Positions 1 through 13,646 are shown, counted from the first letter of the stretch. The stretch: DNA of 64,000 nucleotides from Octopus vulgaris (GCA_951406725.2 OX597831.1:34100001-34164000), one strand, 5' to 3'. Notes: a model not told the origin generated them from the sequence alone. Numbers and translations are program-made.

Positions 1-592
1 CTTGTGGGCAGTAAAGAAATAGGTATTTCGTCTGTCTTTGCGTTCTGAGTTCAAATACCGCCGAGGTCGACTTTGCCTTTCATCCTTTCGTGGTCGATAA
101 ATTAAGCACCAGTTACGCACTGGGGTCGATGTAATCGACTTAATCCGTTTGTCTGTCCCTGTTTGTCCCCTCTATGTTTAGCCCCCTGTGGGCAATAAAG
201 AAGTAAGAAACGTTAGCACGCCGGACGAAATGCTTAGCGGTAATTCTTCTGCCGCTATGTTCTGAGTTCAAATTCCGCCGAGGTCGACTTTGCCTTTCAT
301 CCTTTCGGGGTCGATTAAATAAGTACCAGTTAGGTACTGGGGTCGATATAATCGACTTAATCCGTTTGTTTGTCCTTGTTCGTCCCCTCTGTGTTTAGCC
401 CCTTGTGGGTAGTAAAGAAATAGATGTTTCGTCTGTCTTTACGTTCTGAGTTCAAATTCTGCCGATGTCGACTTTGTCTTTCATCCTTTAGGAGTCGATA
501 AATTAAGTACCATTTGTGTTCCGGAGTCGACCTAATCGACTGGCTCGCTCCCACCCCAAAATTTCGAGGCTTCTGCCTGGAGTAGAACAGAA
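1..592 (+). mobile_element. Chain of at least four nested/tandem tRNA-head SINEs with a Deu/Nin-like domain (family A)
   Basis: Repeated GAGTTCAAATTCCGCC (B-box like), GAGGTCGACTTTGCCTTTCATCCTTTCGGGGTCGAT, and a tail ending AAAGAAATA. Confidence 0.85.
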
Positions 593-609
593 TTCAGTAC
601 ATAAAGACG

Positions 610-1095
610 GACAAAATGCTGCTTAACGATTCGGCCAGCTCGCTACCTTACTGATATTATATACCGATTTCAAATTTCGGCACAAGACCAACAATTTCGG
701 GTGAGGAGATGATTCGATTACATCGACCCCAGTATTCAGCTGGTACTTATTTTATCGATTCCGAAAGAATGAATGAAAGACAACGTCAATCTCGGCGGAA
801 TTTGAACTCAGAAATTGAAGACAGACGAAATGCTGGTAAGCATTTTATTATGCGTTATAACGCTTCTGCCAGCTGGCCCCACTACTGATATCAAATATTG
901 GTTTCAGATTTTGATACTAGGCCAGCAATTTTGCAGGAGGGGTATGACGATTACGTCGATCAAAGTGTTCAACTGGTGCTTATTTTATCGACCCAAAAAG
1001 GATGAAAAACAAAGTTAACCTCGGCGGAATTTGAACCCAGAAAAGCTGAGCTCAGAACGGACGAAAGGGTGCTAAGCCTTTCGTCCACTCCACCT
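610..1095 (-). mobile_element. Degraded family A SINE copies
   Basis: Reverse-strand matches CTCGGCGGAATTTGAACTCAG and GGTACTTATTTTATCGA occur twice. Confidence 0.7.
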
Positions 1096-1690
1096 TATTG
1101 ATATTAAATATTAAAAGTAGACATTGGTGTGAAAATTGTATTTTTCCAATTTCTAGCTTGGATAGAAGCTAATGACTCTTCAGAAAGTGGTGACCTCAAG
1201 GCCAAAACTTATTACGGATGCATGGTACAAAAATGGTGCACTAAGATGCTAGGATAGGTGCTAGTGTAAAAGAGGTTGATGTGTTAAAGCAATGATCCGA
1301 GTAGTCCCGACCGAGATTAGAACTCGGAAGGCAAATAATCGGATCAAATAGAGAAAATACATCTCATCCGATGATCAGTTGCCTCAGAGTTCGGACAATC
1401 TAGGGGCCCATAATTGATACTTTCGTTTAAACGAAAATAGAAAGAATGAATGCAAAATTTGACCATGGCTCAAACAAAGCACTGACTATTGAAAAGAAAG
1501 CCTACTCCGAAAGACTTTCTATTTATGCCTGTAACGCCTTTGAAAAGCCGTAGCTTATGTTTTAAAAGTGCGCATTTATTTCAAATGTACGCGTTCATAT
1601 TAAGACTGAACGTTAAACATGCTAAATATACGGTACACACATATTGCATGTACACACACGTAAATGAATACATATACATACATACATGCG

Positions 1691-1724
<34 letters not shown>

Positions 1725-1727
1725 CAT

Positions 1728-1794
<67 letters not shown>

Positions 1795-1827
1795 TATGTA
1801 TGGCATAAACATATATTCATGCATATG

Positions 1828-1858
<31 letters not shown>

Positions 1859-1896
1859 GCATATGTATATATACATATATGTATGCATATATATGT

Positions 1897-1954
<58 letters not shown>

Positions 1955-2511
1955 AAATATACACGTTTATAGATATATTCATATATTCCTTGCAAAAATC
2001 ACAAATTTCTCCACAGATATTCACATATTCAAGGAAAATTTTTCCAACTGGACATTTTATTTCATTAGAAACTCTCTGATTGGTTGACTCGAGTTAGTCA
2101 CTTCTATTTTTTTTTTTTCTCTCTTTTTGCCGCATGAAGTGTTGTCAGGCTGCTTAAAATTAATAAATAAATAATTAAATAAATAAATATGTAAATAAAT
2201 AAATAGCTGTTCCATTTTTTGATTTTCTCTAATATTCCTTCCACAATGAGTTTTCACTCTCTCAGTGTATTGTTTTTCTTTCCTTAATATTCTGTCCCAA
2301 TTATTATGATTGGGAAAAGATGGAACAGACCAAAAACATATTCTTCCATTATTTGATTTGAATTAACTGTAAATGCGTTTAAGACATACATACATACATA
2401 CATACACCCACACATATTTAGCTAGAAATTTATGTCCATATGTATGCCTATTTTTCTCCTGTTTTCCCGTACCTCTATTTTTGTATATATATATATATAC
2501 TTACATACATA

Positions 2512-2574
<63 letters not shown>

Positions 2575-2683
2575 GCACATGTATACATACACACTTACGC
2601 ACACACATACGCACAAAGACACACACATACACACACACACCTATTCGTGCGTATCCATTTCTAGTTACCTATTTATCTACCTA

Positions 2684-2716
<33 letters not shown>

Positions 2717-2926
2717 CATCTATCTATATACATGTATAATTTTATTTCCAAATGCATATGCAACCATACATACATACATATATATTTATACATATATATA
2801 CACACTCACACATATATATGTATACACACCCATATATACCCATATACATGGATATGTGTATGTATGTATGTATGTTTATATATGTATATATACATGTATA
2901 TATATGTATATATATATGTGTGTATA

Positions 2927-3038
<112 letters not shown>

Positions 3039-3119
3039 CAGAGTGGGAGAGATAGCGAGAGAGTTTGGGGTGATGAACAAATACTGTATATGTAGAATAA
3101 TAAGGAAGTCAGAATGTTG

Positions 3120-3189
<70 letters not shown>

Positions 3190-3733
3190 CGTCTTATTTA
3201 CATTTTTAGCGCTATCTTCCGTTAACGGACGAACGCACTAAAAACGTAAATAAGATGTTAATAAATATAAATATATATATAATCATTCAACATTCTGACA
3301 ACCTTATTAATCTATATATCTATATGCTTATGTGTGTGTATATATGTGTGTGTGTATATATATGCATATACGTATATACTTGTACGTATGCACGCGTGTG
3401 TGTTCATGTGTGTGTGTGTGTGTATGTGTGTGTGCGTGTTTGTGTGTATATATATTCAATTCCCCATATATTTGGTGAACCATCAGAATGGATCATTATT
3501 GAAAGGAAATCCGCAACATAGTGTGTGTATATGTATGCATGTATGTATGCATGTATTTATGTATGTATGTATGTATGTATGTATGCATATGTATTTATAT
3601 ATGTATGTATACATATGTATGTTTATATGTATGTATATATGTATGTATGTTTCAATCTGTCTATCTATTTATCGATCTATCTATCATTCTATCTATCTAT
3701 ATCCTTCTCTCTCTCTATCTATCTACCTCTCGC

Positions 3734-3818
<85 letters not shown>

Positions 3819-4495
3819 ATTTCTCTTTTTAAATATATCTTATTCTGCTTCATAAATGCAATTGAAATATAGTGAGCTTTTCTAAGGTTAGTGAAAAAAT
3901 ATTCATCCATTTTTTCCACTGCCCTGGAGAAATTGCTTCGATATTAATGCAAAGATTTTGAATTATTAAAATTATTATATTTCTTATGATTTTAATTGCT
4001 TCTCTTACTTTCAACATAATCCACACGCTATTCTTTTATAACAGATGACTGGATTTATTTTCAGCTTGATTTGAACGGTTTATCACATCAGAAAATACTT
4101 AACCCTTTAAACAACGAAAGCTGAATTCTGATGGTTTAGTGTTAATAACGCCCGAGATATATCTACACTAATCCAGAGTGACCACTACCCAAGCTAGCAA
4201 CTGCCTGTTTTGTATTTGCTTTAGTCATTGGATTCCGGCTCATGCTGGGCCAATGTCAGGACGATCTTAAGCCGAATAAATCTACCGGAGAATTATTGTT
4301 TTTTTAACTTTTTATAATCTGGTACCAATTCTAGTAGGCTTCTCTGCTGAACTTCTTGATTACAGGGACGTAGAAAATCCCAACACTCCTCGTCATCCGA
4401 TGCTTATGTTTGTTTTTTGTTTTTTTTTTTGTTAGTGTATTTTGCCCATATGTATTTTATTAATATCCTAAAATTTGCGTCCTTTAAATTTGCAG

Positions 4496-4615
4496 GTTTA
4501 CAGCCACGAAATTGTACCATAAAATGGGACACTGTCTCGTGTTGGCCAGAAACACTGCCTAACGCAATAGCTGTCCTTCGATGTCCTGAAAATCTTGCCG
4601 GAGTTGATCATACAC
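4496..4615 (+). CDS. Internal coding exon of a class B1 (secretin-family) GPCR, hormone-binding ectodomain; CRF/DH44-receptor-like
   Basis: Acceptor tttgcag at 4489-4495 and donor C|gtaag at 4615/4616; 120 nt, phase 1-1. Encodes (G)LQPRNCTIKWDTVSCWPETLPNAIAVLRCPENLAGVDHT, which has the class B motif C-x3-WD-x3-CWP-x-T...CP. Confidence 0.9.
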
Positions 4616-4822
4616 GTAAGAAACTTTCAGATTTTTAACTTTGTTCATACATACATACATACATACAAGCATACATACATGCATGCATGCATACATACAT
4701 GCTTACATACATACAAACATACATACATACATACATACATACATACATACATACATACTTACATACATAGACAAACATACGTACTTGCATAAAATATGCA
4801 TGCACACATACATCTGCAGGGA

Positions 4823-4922
<100 letters not shown>

Positions 4923-4979
4923 AATCTATCAATCAATGAATCAATGAATCAATGAATCAATGAATGAATGAATCAATCA

Positions 4980-5029
<50 letters not shown>

Positions 5030-5064
5030 ATATATATATATATATATTTATCTATATATCTATA

Positions 5065-5139
<75 letters not shown>

Positions 5140-5199
5140 TTATCTATATTCTTGCATGAGAAAAAGAAAATGGAGAAATCAATATTTCTTTCTCTTTCT

Positions 5200-5414
5200 G
5201 TCTTTTACATGTTTCAGTCATTTGACTGTGGCCATACTGGAGCACAGCCTTTTAGTCAAGCAAATTGACCCCAGGACTTATTCTTTGGAAGCCTAGTATT
5301 TATTCTATCGGTGTCTTTTGCCGAACCACTAAGTTACGGGGACGTAAACACACCATCAACGGTTGTCAAGCGATGTTGGAGGGGTGGCAAACACAGACAC
5401 ACAAACATATACAC

Positions 5415-5455
<41 letters not shown>

Positions 5456-5842
5456 TGTGTGGTAAGTAGCTTGCTAACCAACCACATGGTTCCGGGTTCA
5501 TTCCCACTGCGTGGCATCTTGGGCAAGTGTCTTCTGCTATAGCCCCGGGCCAACCAATGCCTTGTGAGTGGATTTGGTAGACGGAAACTGAAAGAAGCCT
5601 GTCGTATATATGTATATATATATATGTATGTGTGTTTGTGTGTCTGTGTTTGTCCCCCTAGCATTGCTTGACAACCGATGCTGGTGTGTTTACGTCCCCG
5701 TCACTTAGCGGTTCGGCAAAACAGACCGATAGAACAAGTACTGGGCTTACAAAGAATAAGTCCCGGGGTCGATTTGCTCGACTAAAGGCGGTGCTCCAGC
5801 ATGGCCGCAGTCAAATGACTGAAACAAGTAAAAGAGTAAAGA

Positions 5843-5899
<57 letters not shown>

Positions 5900-6076
5900 C
5901 ATACATACATACATACATACATACGGCGAGCTTCTTTCGGCTTCCGCCTACCAAATCCACTCACAAGGCTTTGGTCGGCCCGAGGCTATAGTAGAAGACA
6001 CTTACCCAAGGCGCTATGCAGTGGGAATGAACCCGGAACCACGCAAGCTCCTTACCACGCAGCCACTCCTGCGCCT
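5200..6076 (-). mobile_element. CORE-like tRNA-derived SINE (family B), split by a nested family B copy
   Basis: 3' half at ~5200-5410 and 5' half at ~5922-6076, both on the minus strand. Confidence 0.85.
5451..5843 (+). mobile_element. Full family B SINE inserted in the central microsatellite of an oppositely oriented copy
   Basis: TGGCTGTGTGGTAAG (A-box), GGTTCAttCC (B-box), CTTGGGCAAGT core motif, tail GGCGGTGCTCCAGCATGGCCGCAGTCAAATGACTGAAACAAGTAAAAGAG. Confidence 0.9.
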
Positions 6077-6077
6077 A

Positions 6078-6520
6078 TATAGACATCAATTTATTTGAAC
6101 AAATTCCATTCAGTATCACATCGTATTCTTTACACCTACACCCGTTTCTATATCTAATTGATTCAATGTGAGAAATTAGATTATATCAAATTAATTAAAA
6201 TTTTCATATCAAATATTGTGAATTGAGTATTTCATAAAGGGAGAGAATTTGCAAGAAAAGAGATATATAGCATGAGATATATAGCTCTATCAAAGGTCAA
6301 CCAACATGATGGAGTGTAGCTCCTTTCTAATAAGTTCGCCACCCTGATGAAATACCCAATTTACGATATTCGATACGAAAATCTGAATTAATTTAATTGA
6401 ATTTACTTCCTCAAATTCAATTCTTGGAATTGAATTAATTGGATATAGAAACAGCTGTAGGGGTAAAGAATTTGATGCTATACTGAATGGAATTTGTTCA
6501 AATGCATTAATGTCTATATA
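6078..6520. repeat. Imperfect inverted repeat containing a hammerhead-like motif
   Basis: ATAGACATCAATTTATTTGAACAAATTCCATTCAGTAT at the left end pairs with ATACTGAATGGAATTTGTTCAAATGCATTAATGTCTAT at the right end. Confidence 0.8.
6340..6463 (+). ncRNA. Type I hammerhead-like motif with a long stem II
   Basis: CACC-CTGATGA (6344-6350); stem II ATACCCAATT/AATTGGATAT; GAAA (6448-6451); palindromic ACAGCTGT; GTA triplet; short stem I. Confidence 0.55.
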
Positions 6521-6673
6521 TTAATTTCTGCATTTTCTTTTTCTATTTCTCAAACAAGAATATCCATCAATGCGAAACTTACAACTTTGGTGTTTCACTG
6601 AGGACTTGGATGGTAACATCCTTTTAAGAAGATTTAATATACTTGGTGTAATTATATATATATGTATATAATA

Positions 6674-7100
6674 GTGACTGTGTGGTAAGTAGCTTGCTTA
6701 CCTGCCACATAGTTCCGGGTTCAGCCCACTGCGTGGCACCTTGGCCACGCATCTTCTACTAAAGCCTCGGGCCGACGAAAGCCTTGTGAGTGGATTTGCT
6801 AGACGGAAACTGGAAGATGCTCGTCGCATACTTATATGTCTGTGTGTGCGTGTGCGTGTGCGTGTGCGTGTGCGTGTGCGTGTGCGTGTGCGTGTGTGTT
6901 TGTCCTCCCAACAGTGCTTGACAACCAATGCTGGTGTGTTTACGTCTCCGTAACTTAGCTGGTCGGCTAGAGAGACCGATAGAATAAGTACCAGGCTTAC
7001 AAAGAATAAGTCCTGAGGTCGATTTTCTCGACAAGAGGCAGTGCTCCAGCATGGCCACAGTCAAATGACTGAAACGAATAAAAGAAAACGATGAATAAAA
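6674..7100 (+). mobile_element. Family B SINE
   Basis: Full head, core, microsatellite and tail, similar to 5451-5843. Confidence 0.85.
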
Positions 7101-7124
7101 GAATATATATATATATTATATATT

Positions 7125-7174
<50 letters not shown>

Positions 7175-7199
7175 AAGAATATATATATGTATATATCTG

Positions 7200-7367
7200 G
7201 GGTGGTTGCATGGTAAGTAGCTTGCTTTTCAACTACATGGTCCCGGAATAAGTCCCACTGCGTGGCATCTTCGGCAGGTGGGTTTATGTTCCCATAATGT
7301 AGCGGCTCGGCAAAAGGCTGATGATAGAATAAATACTAGGCTTACAAAGAATAAGTCCTGGGGTCGG
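7200..7367 (+). mobile_element. Internally deleted family B SINE
   Basis: Head joined to the GATAGAATAA...CTTACAAAGAATAAGTCCTGGGGTC segment. Confidence 0.7.
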
Positions 7368-7413
7368 TTTCAGAATATAAGAAGATATGTATACATACAT
7401 ATAGATACATATG

Positions 7414-7456
<43 letters not shown>

Positions 7457-7466
7457 ACACAAAAAC

Positions 7467-7506
<40 letters not shown>

Positions 7507-7547
7507 ATATATATATATATATATATATTGCATATATACATATTCAT

Positions 7548-7700
7548 AGGCAGCGAGCTGGAAGAAACGTTCAAATTCCGCCGAGGTTGACTTTGCCTTT
7601 CATCCTTTTGTTGTCGATAGATTAAGTACCAGTCGCGTACTGGAGTCGATCTAATCGACTTCTCCTCTCCCTCCTTTCTGCCTAGATTAGAAAAGAATAT
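7548..7700 (+). mobile_element. Family A SINE, internally deleted
   Basis: GGCAGCGAGCTGG...TTCAAATTCCGCCGAGGTTGACTTTGCCTTTCATCC. Confidence 0.75.
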
Positions 7701-7764
7701 ATACATATTCATACATGTAAATTAAACACACAAATGTATATTTGTGTGTGTGTCTATACACACA

Positions 7765-7826
<62 letters not shown>

Positions 7827-7902
7827 AATATTAGGGAATAAATCCAAATTTACAGGGAAAAAATCAGATTTAGGATTAAATCCAATTTTATAGTAAAATA
7901 TT

Positions 7903-7959
7903 ATATAATATTATTAGAGACAAAACCACTATTTTACAAAATAGTGGTTTTGTCTCTAA

Positions 7960-7970
<11 letters not shown>
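7903..7970. repeat. Perfect palindrome (33-bp arms, 2-nt spacer) within (TA)n
   Basis: ATATAATATTATTAGAGACAAAACCACTATTTT-AC-AAAATAGTGGTTTTGTCTCTAATAATATTATAT. Confidence 0.9.
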
Positions 7971-8017
<47 letters not shown>

Positions 8018-8138
8018 CATACACACAGATACATATATATATATATATTATATATATGCATATATATATCTATATCTACTGTTGATACGCACATACATAT
8101 ATACGCATACCCACGTACCCCCACCATATATATATATT

Positions 8139-8194
<56 letters not shown>

Positions 8195-8853
8195 ACCATA
8201 GAGACCAAGGTCACTATATACTAAAGAGCTATTGGGAAATCCCAAAAAGAAGAATAGCCAGAAACGTACACGCTGCATTTAATTATGCATAGAAAGGACA
8301 GCACATGATGAACAGAGAAAACAGTCCGGGAAAGATTATATTGAAAAAATAAACACATAAAATGGTGTGCATAAGACTAGTACAATCAAGTCTCAACTGA
8401 GGGCACCAGCGTAAGGATAATTAAGAAATCAATAACAATAATAATCGTAAAACAAGGGAAAACTACAACAATATATTAATATACGGAAATAAAATTGAAA
8501 ACTATAAAATTCACAGAATTTTTTTTCGTCATGGCTCTTGTAATAAAATGAAAGAACATCGACGGATGTTTTTCAATGAGTTTATAAATAAAACTTTACT
8601 GACAGCTTTTGTTTTTACATAATTTATCTCTCTTTTTTTTAATTGTATTCTAGTTATTTTAGAATTGGTTCAAACAATATAAAGCTGTCACTTGATAACG
8701 TTTATTGTTTCGTACAATAGTCTGACACACATTCATGCACACAACAAGGCAATGACTATCGCATCATGCTTGTGCACACACTCCCTCAAAATAAACATAA
8801 ATATATAGAAATTATAGACCAAGATAACCTGCTACACATATATAAATATGTAC

Positions 8854-8884
<31 letters not shown>

Positions 8885-9195
8885 TCTGCTTTATTTATAG
8901 GAATACAGAAAAATGTCACCATGTCACCAGGTGCATATATATGTATGTGTGAATGTGTATGTAGGCTTATGTGTATAGGTGTGAGCGCTTCCGTGAACAC
9001 TTAAACATATGGACATAAGCGAAATATATCTGTGTACTGAAATTATTTATTTGTGTACTGTCTATCTGTCTGTCTCTCTATATATGTTTGTGTGTATACA
9101 CACGCACACACACATGAACATATTTATTATATAATATATGTATATATATATATGTTACATATATGTGTATATGTATATAGATATATATACATATA

Positions 9196-9226
<31 letters not shown>

Positions 9227-9235
9227 TTTTTTTTT

Positions 9236-10084
9236 CAGGGCGCGATGTGTAAATTGTCGCTATTTTATGTTTTTAATTACTTGTATGTGTATTGTTTGTT
9301 TTTGATTTTGTCAACTACATAGTATAGTAGGGTCAGTTGGGTACCGTCTGTGAGAAAAGTAGCATCATGACGTTATTCAATCTGCCAGAAATTTGGAAAC
9401 GACATGCTGTACTGCTTGGCATTCGTGCCTGAAGCTCCAATACAAACAGATGGTGAACACACATAACATCCGTTGGCTTGCTGTGTCTCCAAAACAAGTA
9501 CCGAGAGTGATAAAAATCAAACATCCAATCAACATCATGGTGTTTGGAGTGATCACTAGTGATGGTGACGTTATGCCTCCATTCATCCTCATACTCGGCC
9601 TCAGACTCGACACGTAGGCCTGCATCAAGGGCGTGGAAGAGGTAGTGTTGCCCTGGGTCAAGAGGGTGGCTGCTGCTAGACCCTATGTCTGGCAACAGGA
9701 CTCTGCACCATGCCACACAAAGAGGAGAACCCAGTCATGGCTGCCAAACAATTTCTGCGATCACATTACCCCTAACATCTAGCCACCTTACATCCCAGAC
9801 TCTGTGTGGGGCGCAGATGAGCGAGAGCCCAACAAAACTCCTTGTAAAGCCAAAGATGAACTGGGGGCATGTATTATGGCAGCATTCACAAACTTAAACA
9901 AAAAAAACCGTCCAAGGGAGTTGCAGGAGATTCCGAAGTTGAAGCCAATGGCGATTTCATTAAATAAATTTACTCTTTAGTATTTCAGGATATTTTTGTG
10001 TAATTTTGCTAAATATATCTGATAAGACGAGATGTCAGTGCTATTTTCATTTTTGTGTAATTTAGACGCCAGTTTATAGTCTGT
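9236..10084 (+). mobile_element. Internally deleted Tc1/mariner (maT/DD37D-like) transposon relic
   Basis: Translates across a stop to NIRWLAVSPKQVPRVIKIKHPINIMVFGVITSDGDVMPPFI...LPWVKRVAAARPYVWQQDSAPCH..TQSWL. Ends are degenerate inverted matches (TAAATTGTCG vs CGCCAGTTTA). Confidence 0.85.
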
Positions 10085-10232
10085 ATGTATGTATGTATGT
10101 ATGTATGTATGTATGTATGTATGTATGTATGTATGTATGTATGTATGTATGTATGTATGTATATATATATACACACACACATACATACATGCATACATAC
10201 GTACATACATGCATGCATACATACATACATAC

Positions 10233-10314
<82 letters not shown>

Positions 10315-10537
10315 ATATATATATATACAAATATATATGTCTGTATGCTTTTTAATATTTTAATATTTCGTTTAGGCAATGCGAGAGAGAAAGCGAGAGA
10401 GGGGGAGAGATAAACATCATATATATTGATAGATGCACTAATAAAAATTTAATACCGTGATCTGAGTGACACTTTATGTTTGTATGCATATATATATATG
10501 TGTAAACTATGAGCTGAAACTAGAAAAACAAATTAAA

Positions 10538-10634
<97 letters not shown>

Positions 10635-10637
10635 TGC

Positions 10638-10780
10638 AAAACTCGACTGAGAAAAGAAAACTCCGAATGACCCGTTCTTGTTTTCTCTGTATCGTCTGTT
10701 TGGATGGTTTGTTGTCCTCTTTTTTTATCACCTAACTGTCTGGATGCTTTGCATTCTTGTCCCATTTTTGTATTTTTTAT
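10638..10780 (+). repeat. Solo 3' terminal segment of the 10850-11580 repeat family, in microsatellite
   Basis: AACTCGACTGAGAAA.GAAAACTCCGAAT.ACCCGT...TTCTTGTCCCATTTTTGTA is repeated at ~11450-11580. Confidence 0.75.
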
Positions 10781-10849
10781 ATATAAAATTATAGCGGCCC
10801 ACGTACACTTTAGTTTCTTATATGTAAGTATATATATATATCTAAATTT

Positions 10850-11580
10850 TGTACGACTCTATTATTTGTACGACTCTATTATTTGTACGACTCTATTATC
10901 AGCCCCTTCACACTTCGTTCATTCCACTCTTCGTTCTTTCGTTCACCCTCTTCGTTCTTTCGTTCCCCCACTCTCTCACATTTCCTGGCCTTTTCTTCAT
11001 TCTCACCTTCCCTCCTCCCTCACTTCACTCTGTCCCTTTCATTTTTTTCTCGTCCACCGTTAATTCTTCTATCCCTTTGCCTCTACCTCTCTCTCTTCTC
11101 TCCCCACGTGTTCGGTGTTCGGACAAGCCTGACCTTTCTTTCTTTGTTCGACTACCATCCGTGCAACATCTATGTTTCTCTCTGTGCCTGTCAAACCCTA
11201 TGTCCCAGCCGTAAGGCTTTACTTCAACACACGCCAGCTTAATTTATTTCGTCCTTAGTTCAAAGACACTCGTTGTTAATGTCCTGTTATTTGTATTTGT
11301 GTACCATTTCTCCGTTTTTTCGTCCTTGTTTTCATATACATTCGCTGCTTTCTTCCAAGGAATCTAGTGCTCCATCTTAGTTTTTCCTTGGGGCTTGCCA
11401 TATTGAAGTATCTCGAGTATAACCAGCCGAAATTGCAAAGATAATCTGGAACTCGACTGAGAAATGAAAACTCCGAATAACCCGTCCTTGTTTTCATTGT
11501 ATCGTCTCTCTGGATGTTTTGTTGTCCCTTTTTGGTATCATCTGCCTGGATGTTTTGCGTTCTTGTCCCATTTTTGTATC
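10850..11580 (+). mobile_element. Unclassified (TA)n-flanked interspersed repeat, possibly a PLE terminal-repeat derivative
   Basis: Homologous to the reverse strand of 55420-55920 (GCCGTAAGGCTT...ACGCCAGCT; TAGTTTTTCCTTGGGGCT; CAGCCGAAATTGC). Starts with three copies of an 18-bp tandem repeat. Confidence 0.55.
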
Positions 11581-11592
11581 ATATATATATAC

Positions 11593-11647
<55 letters not shown>

Positions 11648-12234
11648 ACTCTCTTCTTTCTTCCTTTATTTCTCGTCATAATACTCCTTTTCTAGCATCT
11701 CTACTTCCTTTCTCCCTCTCTTTCGTCTTCTCACACTTAATTGTAGCCTTTCTCCCTTCCTCTCCCTCTTCTCTTTCTCCCTCTCTCTCATCCTCCTTAT
11801 CTTCTATCTACTGCCCACACGTGACCCATGACAAATTTTCCCATCTCTGCATTTTCGCCACCGAACACCTAACTTGCTGGTCAACATTTTCTCCTCTCTT
11901 ACTATTTTTCTTTTTATATCCATTCAGGATTTCTTCTCGGGGTTTACCCATCAAAATTGTGTTTGGACGAAAGGCTATATTTATCTAGTCTTCGTCTACA
12001 ATTTCAAATTACATTTGTTTACTTTCGTACGACCACCCTGTATTGTCGCATTTGCTCGAGTCTTAATTCTCCGCAAATCTTGCAGGTGCCGCCGATATAC
12101 GAAGTTCTCAGTCTTATCGTTAAAGGCACGAGACTGAGTATTAGCATTTTGGTCGATTGCTGATCAAGAATTAGGTTTCTTCTGTGTCTGTCCCACGTGT
12201 ACGATTTGTAGTATTTAATCAATTTTTCAATTAT

Positions 12235-12291
<57 letters not shown>

Positions 12292-12294
<3 letters not shown>

Positions 12295-12450
12295 CTGTGT
12301 AGTAAGTAGCTTGCTTAAGAACCACATAGTTCCGGGTTGAGTCCCAGTGCATGGCACCTTGGGCAAGTGTCTTCTTCTATAGCCTCGGGCAGACCAAAGC
12401 CTTGTGAGTGGATTTGGTAGACGGAAACTGAAAGAAGCCCGTCGTATATA
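12292..12450 (+). mobile_element. Family B SINE 5' half
   Basis: TGGCTGTGTAGTAAGTAGC...CCTTGGGCAAGTG...GAAGCCCGTCG. Confidence 0.8.
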
Positions 12451-13586
12451 TGTATATATATATATATGTGTGTGTGTAAATAAATATACTCGCCCACGCA
12501 CACACACACAAACACATATATGTGCTTGTTAATGCAAATATGCTTGTATAAATGTATTTATATGTATGTCGATAATATTGTCCTTGTTGTAGGCTTAATA
12601 TTTATTTTGGTCGAATGCCTGATCTACCGCATACTGTAAAGGAAAATTATTAAAAAGAAAATCACAAAAGAAACAAATATATAAATAAATATAGTAAAAA
12701 CTGATGGGCAATCCTGTTCACTTCGACGCCATTATTGCGACAGTGACCTTTTAAATCGAGAATGAAATTTTTCTTTTCTCAAATATAATGTAGTATAATA
12801 CAAAATATAATATAATATATATATATATGTATATATACGAATGTATGTACGCATGATTGTACGTATACATGCACATGTATGTATATTTGTTCTCTTATTA
12901 ATTGTTTTGCTATTTATTTTCCCCGGTCGTCTGCTCTGTTACAAGGTTGTTCACTATTAACATCTTTTGTGCAAATATTCAGCTGTAAAGGTTAAAGCTT
13001 TGCCGATTACTATATTGTAACATATGATGATCTTATAACGTATGAATTGTCAAGCAACTTGCTTTCACTGAAAAGCCATGTTGAGCCAACATTCTACTTC
13101 GGGCCTATCGGTTCATCGTCTGTTTTTGGAGGAGGTAGTTTAAATACGTTACTCGGTTTAACATCATCATCTCGTTCTTGAGTAACAGAAGCAATGTCAG
13201 CGCTGGGTCAAACTTTCAGTTCTGGCCAGTGATTTTAAGACTTTTGCTTCCTTTCCTTCCATCAGACTAGGAATGGATATGAAGCAACAATGTACATGTA
13301 TAGCAGCATAAATACACGTATACATGCATACATACGTACATACGCACAAGCACAGACAAATGTACATCTATTTATGTTTATGTAGGTGTGTGTATGGATA
13401 TACATACATACGTCTATAGATGAAAATATACATCTATGGACGTATGTATGTATGAATGTTTGTGTATATATATATATATATATATATACATATACATACA
13501 CATACATACATATATATATATGTATATAATACATATATACACACATGCACCTATGAATAGATATTTCTATGGACGTATGTAGCTTC

Positions 13587-13629
<43 letters not shown>

Positions 13630-13646
13630 TACACACACACGCGCAC

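Noticed and set aside
1157-1257. Candidate upstream GPCR exon (WIEANDSSESGDLKAKTYYGCM) after tttctag
   Set aside because: No phase-1 donor after the cysteine, and an in-frame TAG follows at 1255; unsupported without RNA data.
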